Positions 63,874 through 63,926 of a stretch of 63,926 bases of DNA are shown in pieces. Source of the DNA: Octopus bimaculoides (taxonomy: Eukaryota); assembly GCF_001194135.2 (NCBI RefSeq), contig NC_068990.1:60309312-60373237 (forward strand). Reading direction: 5' to 3'. The notes beneath the pieces were generated by a model. That model saw only the letters and a program-made list of their open reading frames with translations, made no database searches and was not told the DNA's origin. The position numbers were made by a program, and so were the translations under genes. Numbering within the stretch: the first letter of the stretch is position 1; each line of letters starts with the position of its first letter.

Positions 63874-63926
<53 letters not shown>

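Overview
Very AT-rich, microsatellite-laden eukaryotic draft scaffold with 13 N-gaps. The SINE, LINE and MITE families point to a cephalopod, probably Octopus; this is inferred from recognising repeat families, not from a database search. No complete protein-coding gene, rRNA, tRNA gene or CRISPR array can be supported. Most long ORF-track entries are artefacts of N-runs and simple repeats. The window reads as intergenic or intronic DNA. It holds many tRNA-derived SINE copies, RTE LINE 3' fragments, and two decayed R4/Dong-like retrotransposons with restriction-like endonuclease (RLE) domains. It also holds Penelope-like element (PLE) remnants (a GIY-YIG endonuclease, an RT motif and terminal repeats), a decayed ~2 kb hAT transposase, and piggyBac-, hAT- and mariner-derived MITEs. 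The best leads are hammerhead-ribozyme-like motifs in PLE-like terminal repeats, an R4/Dong copy apparently inserted in a (TACA)n repeat, and an unexplained ~230 bp CpG-dense island next to a gap. Other leads are a 24-aa LRR-consensus ORF, two locally templated complex rearrangements and a few isolated candidate exons. Repeat boundaries are approximate (about +/-20 bp) unless TIRs or TSDs are cited.
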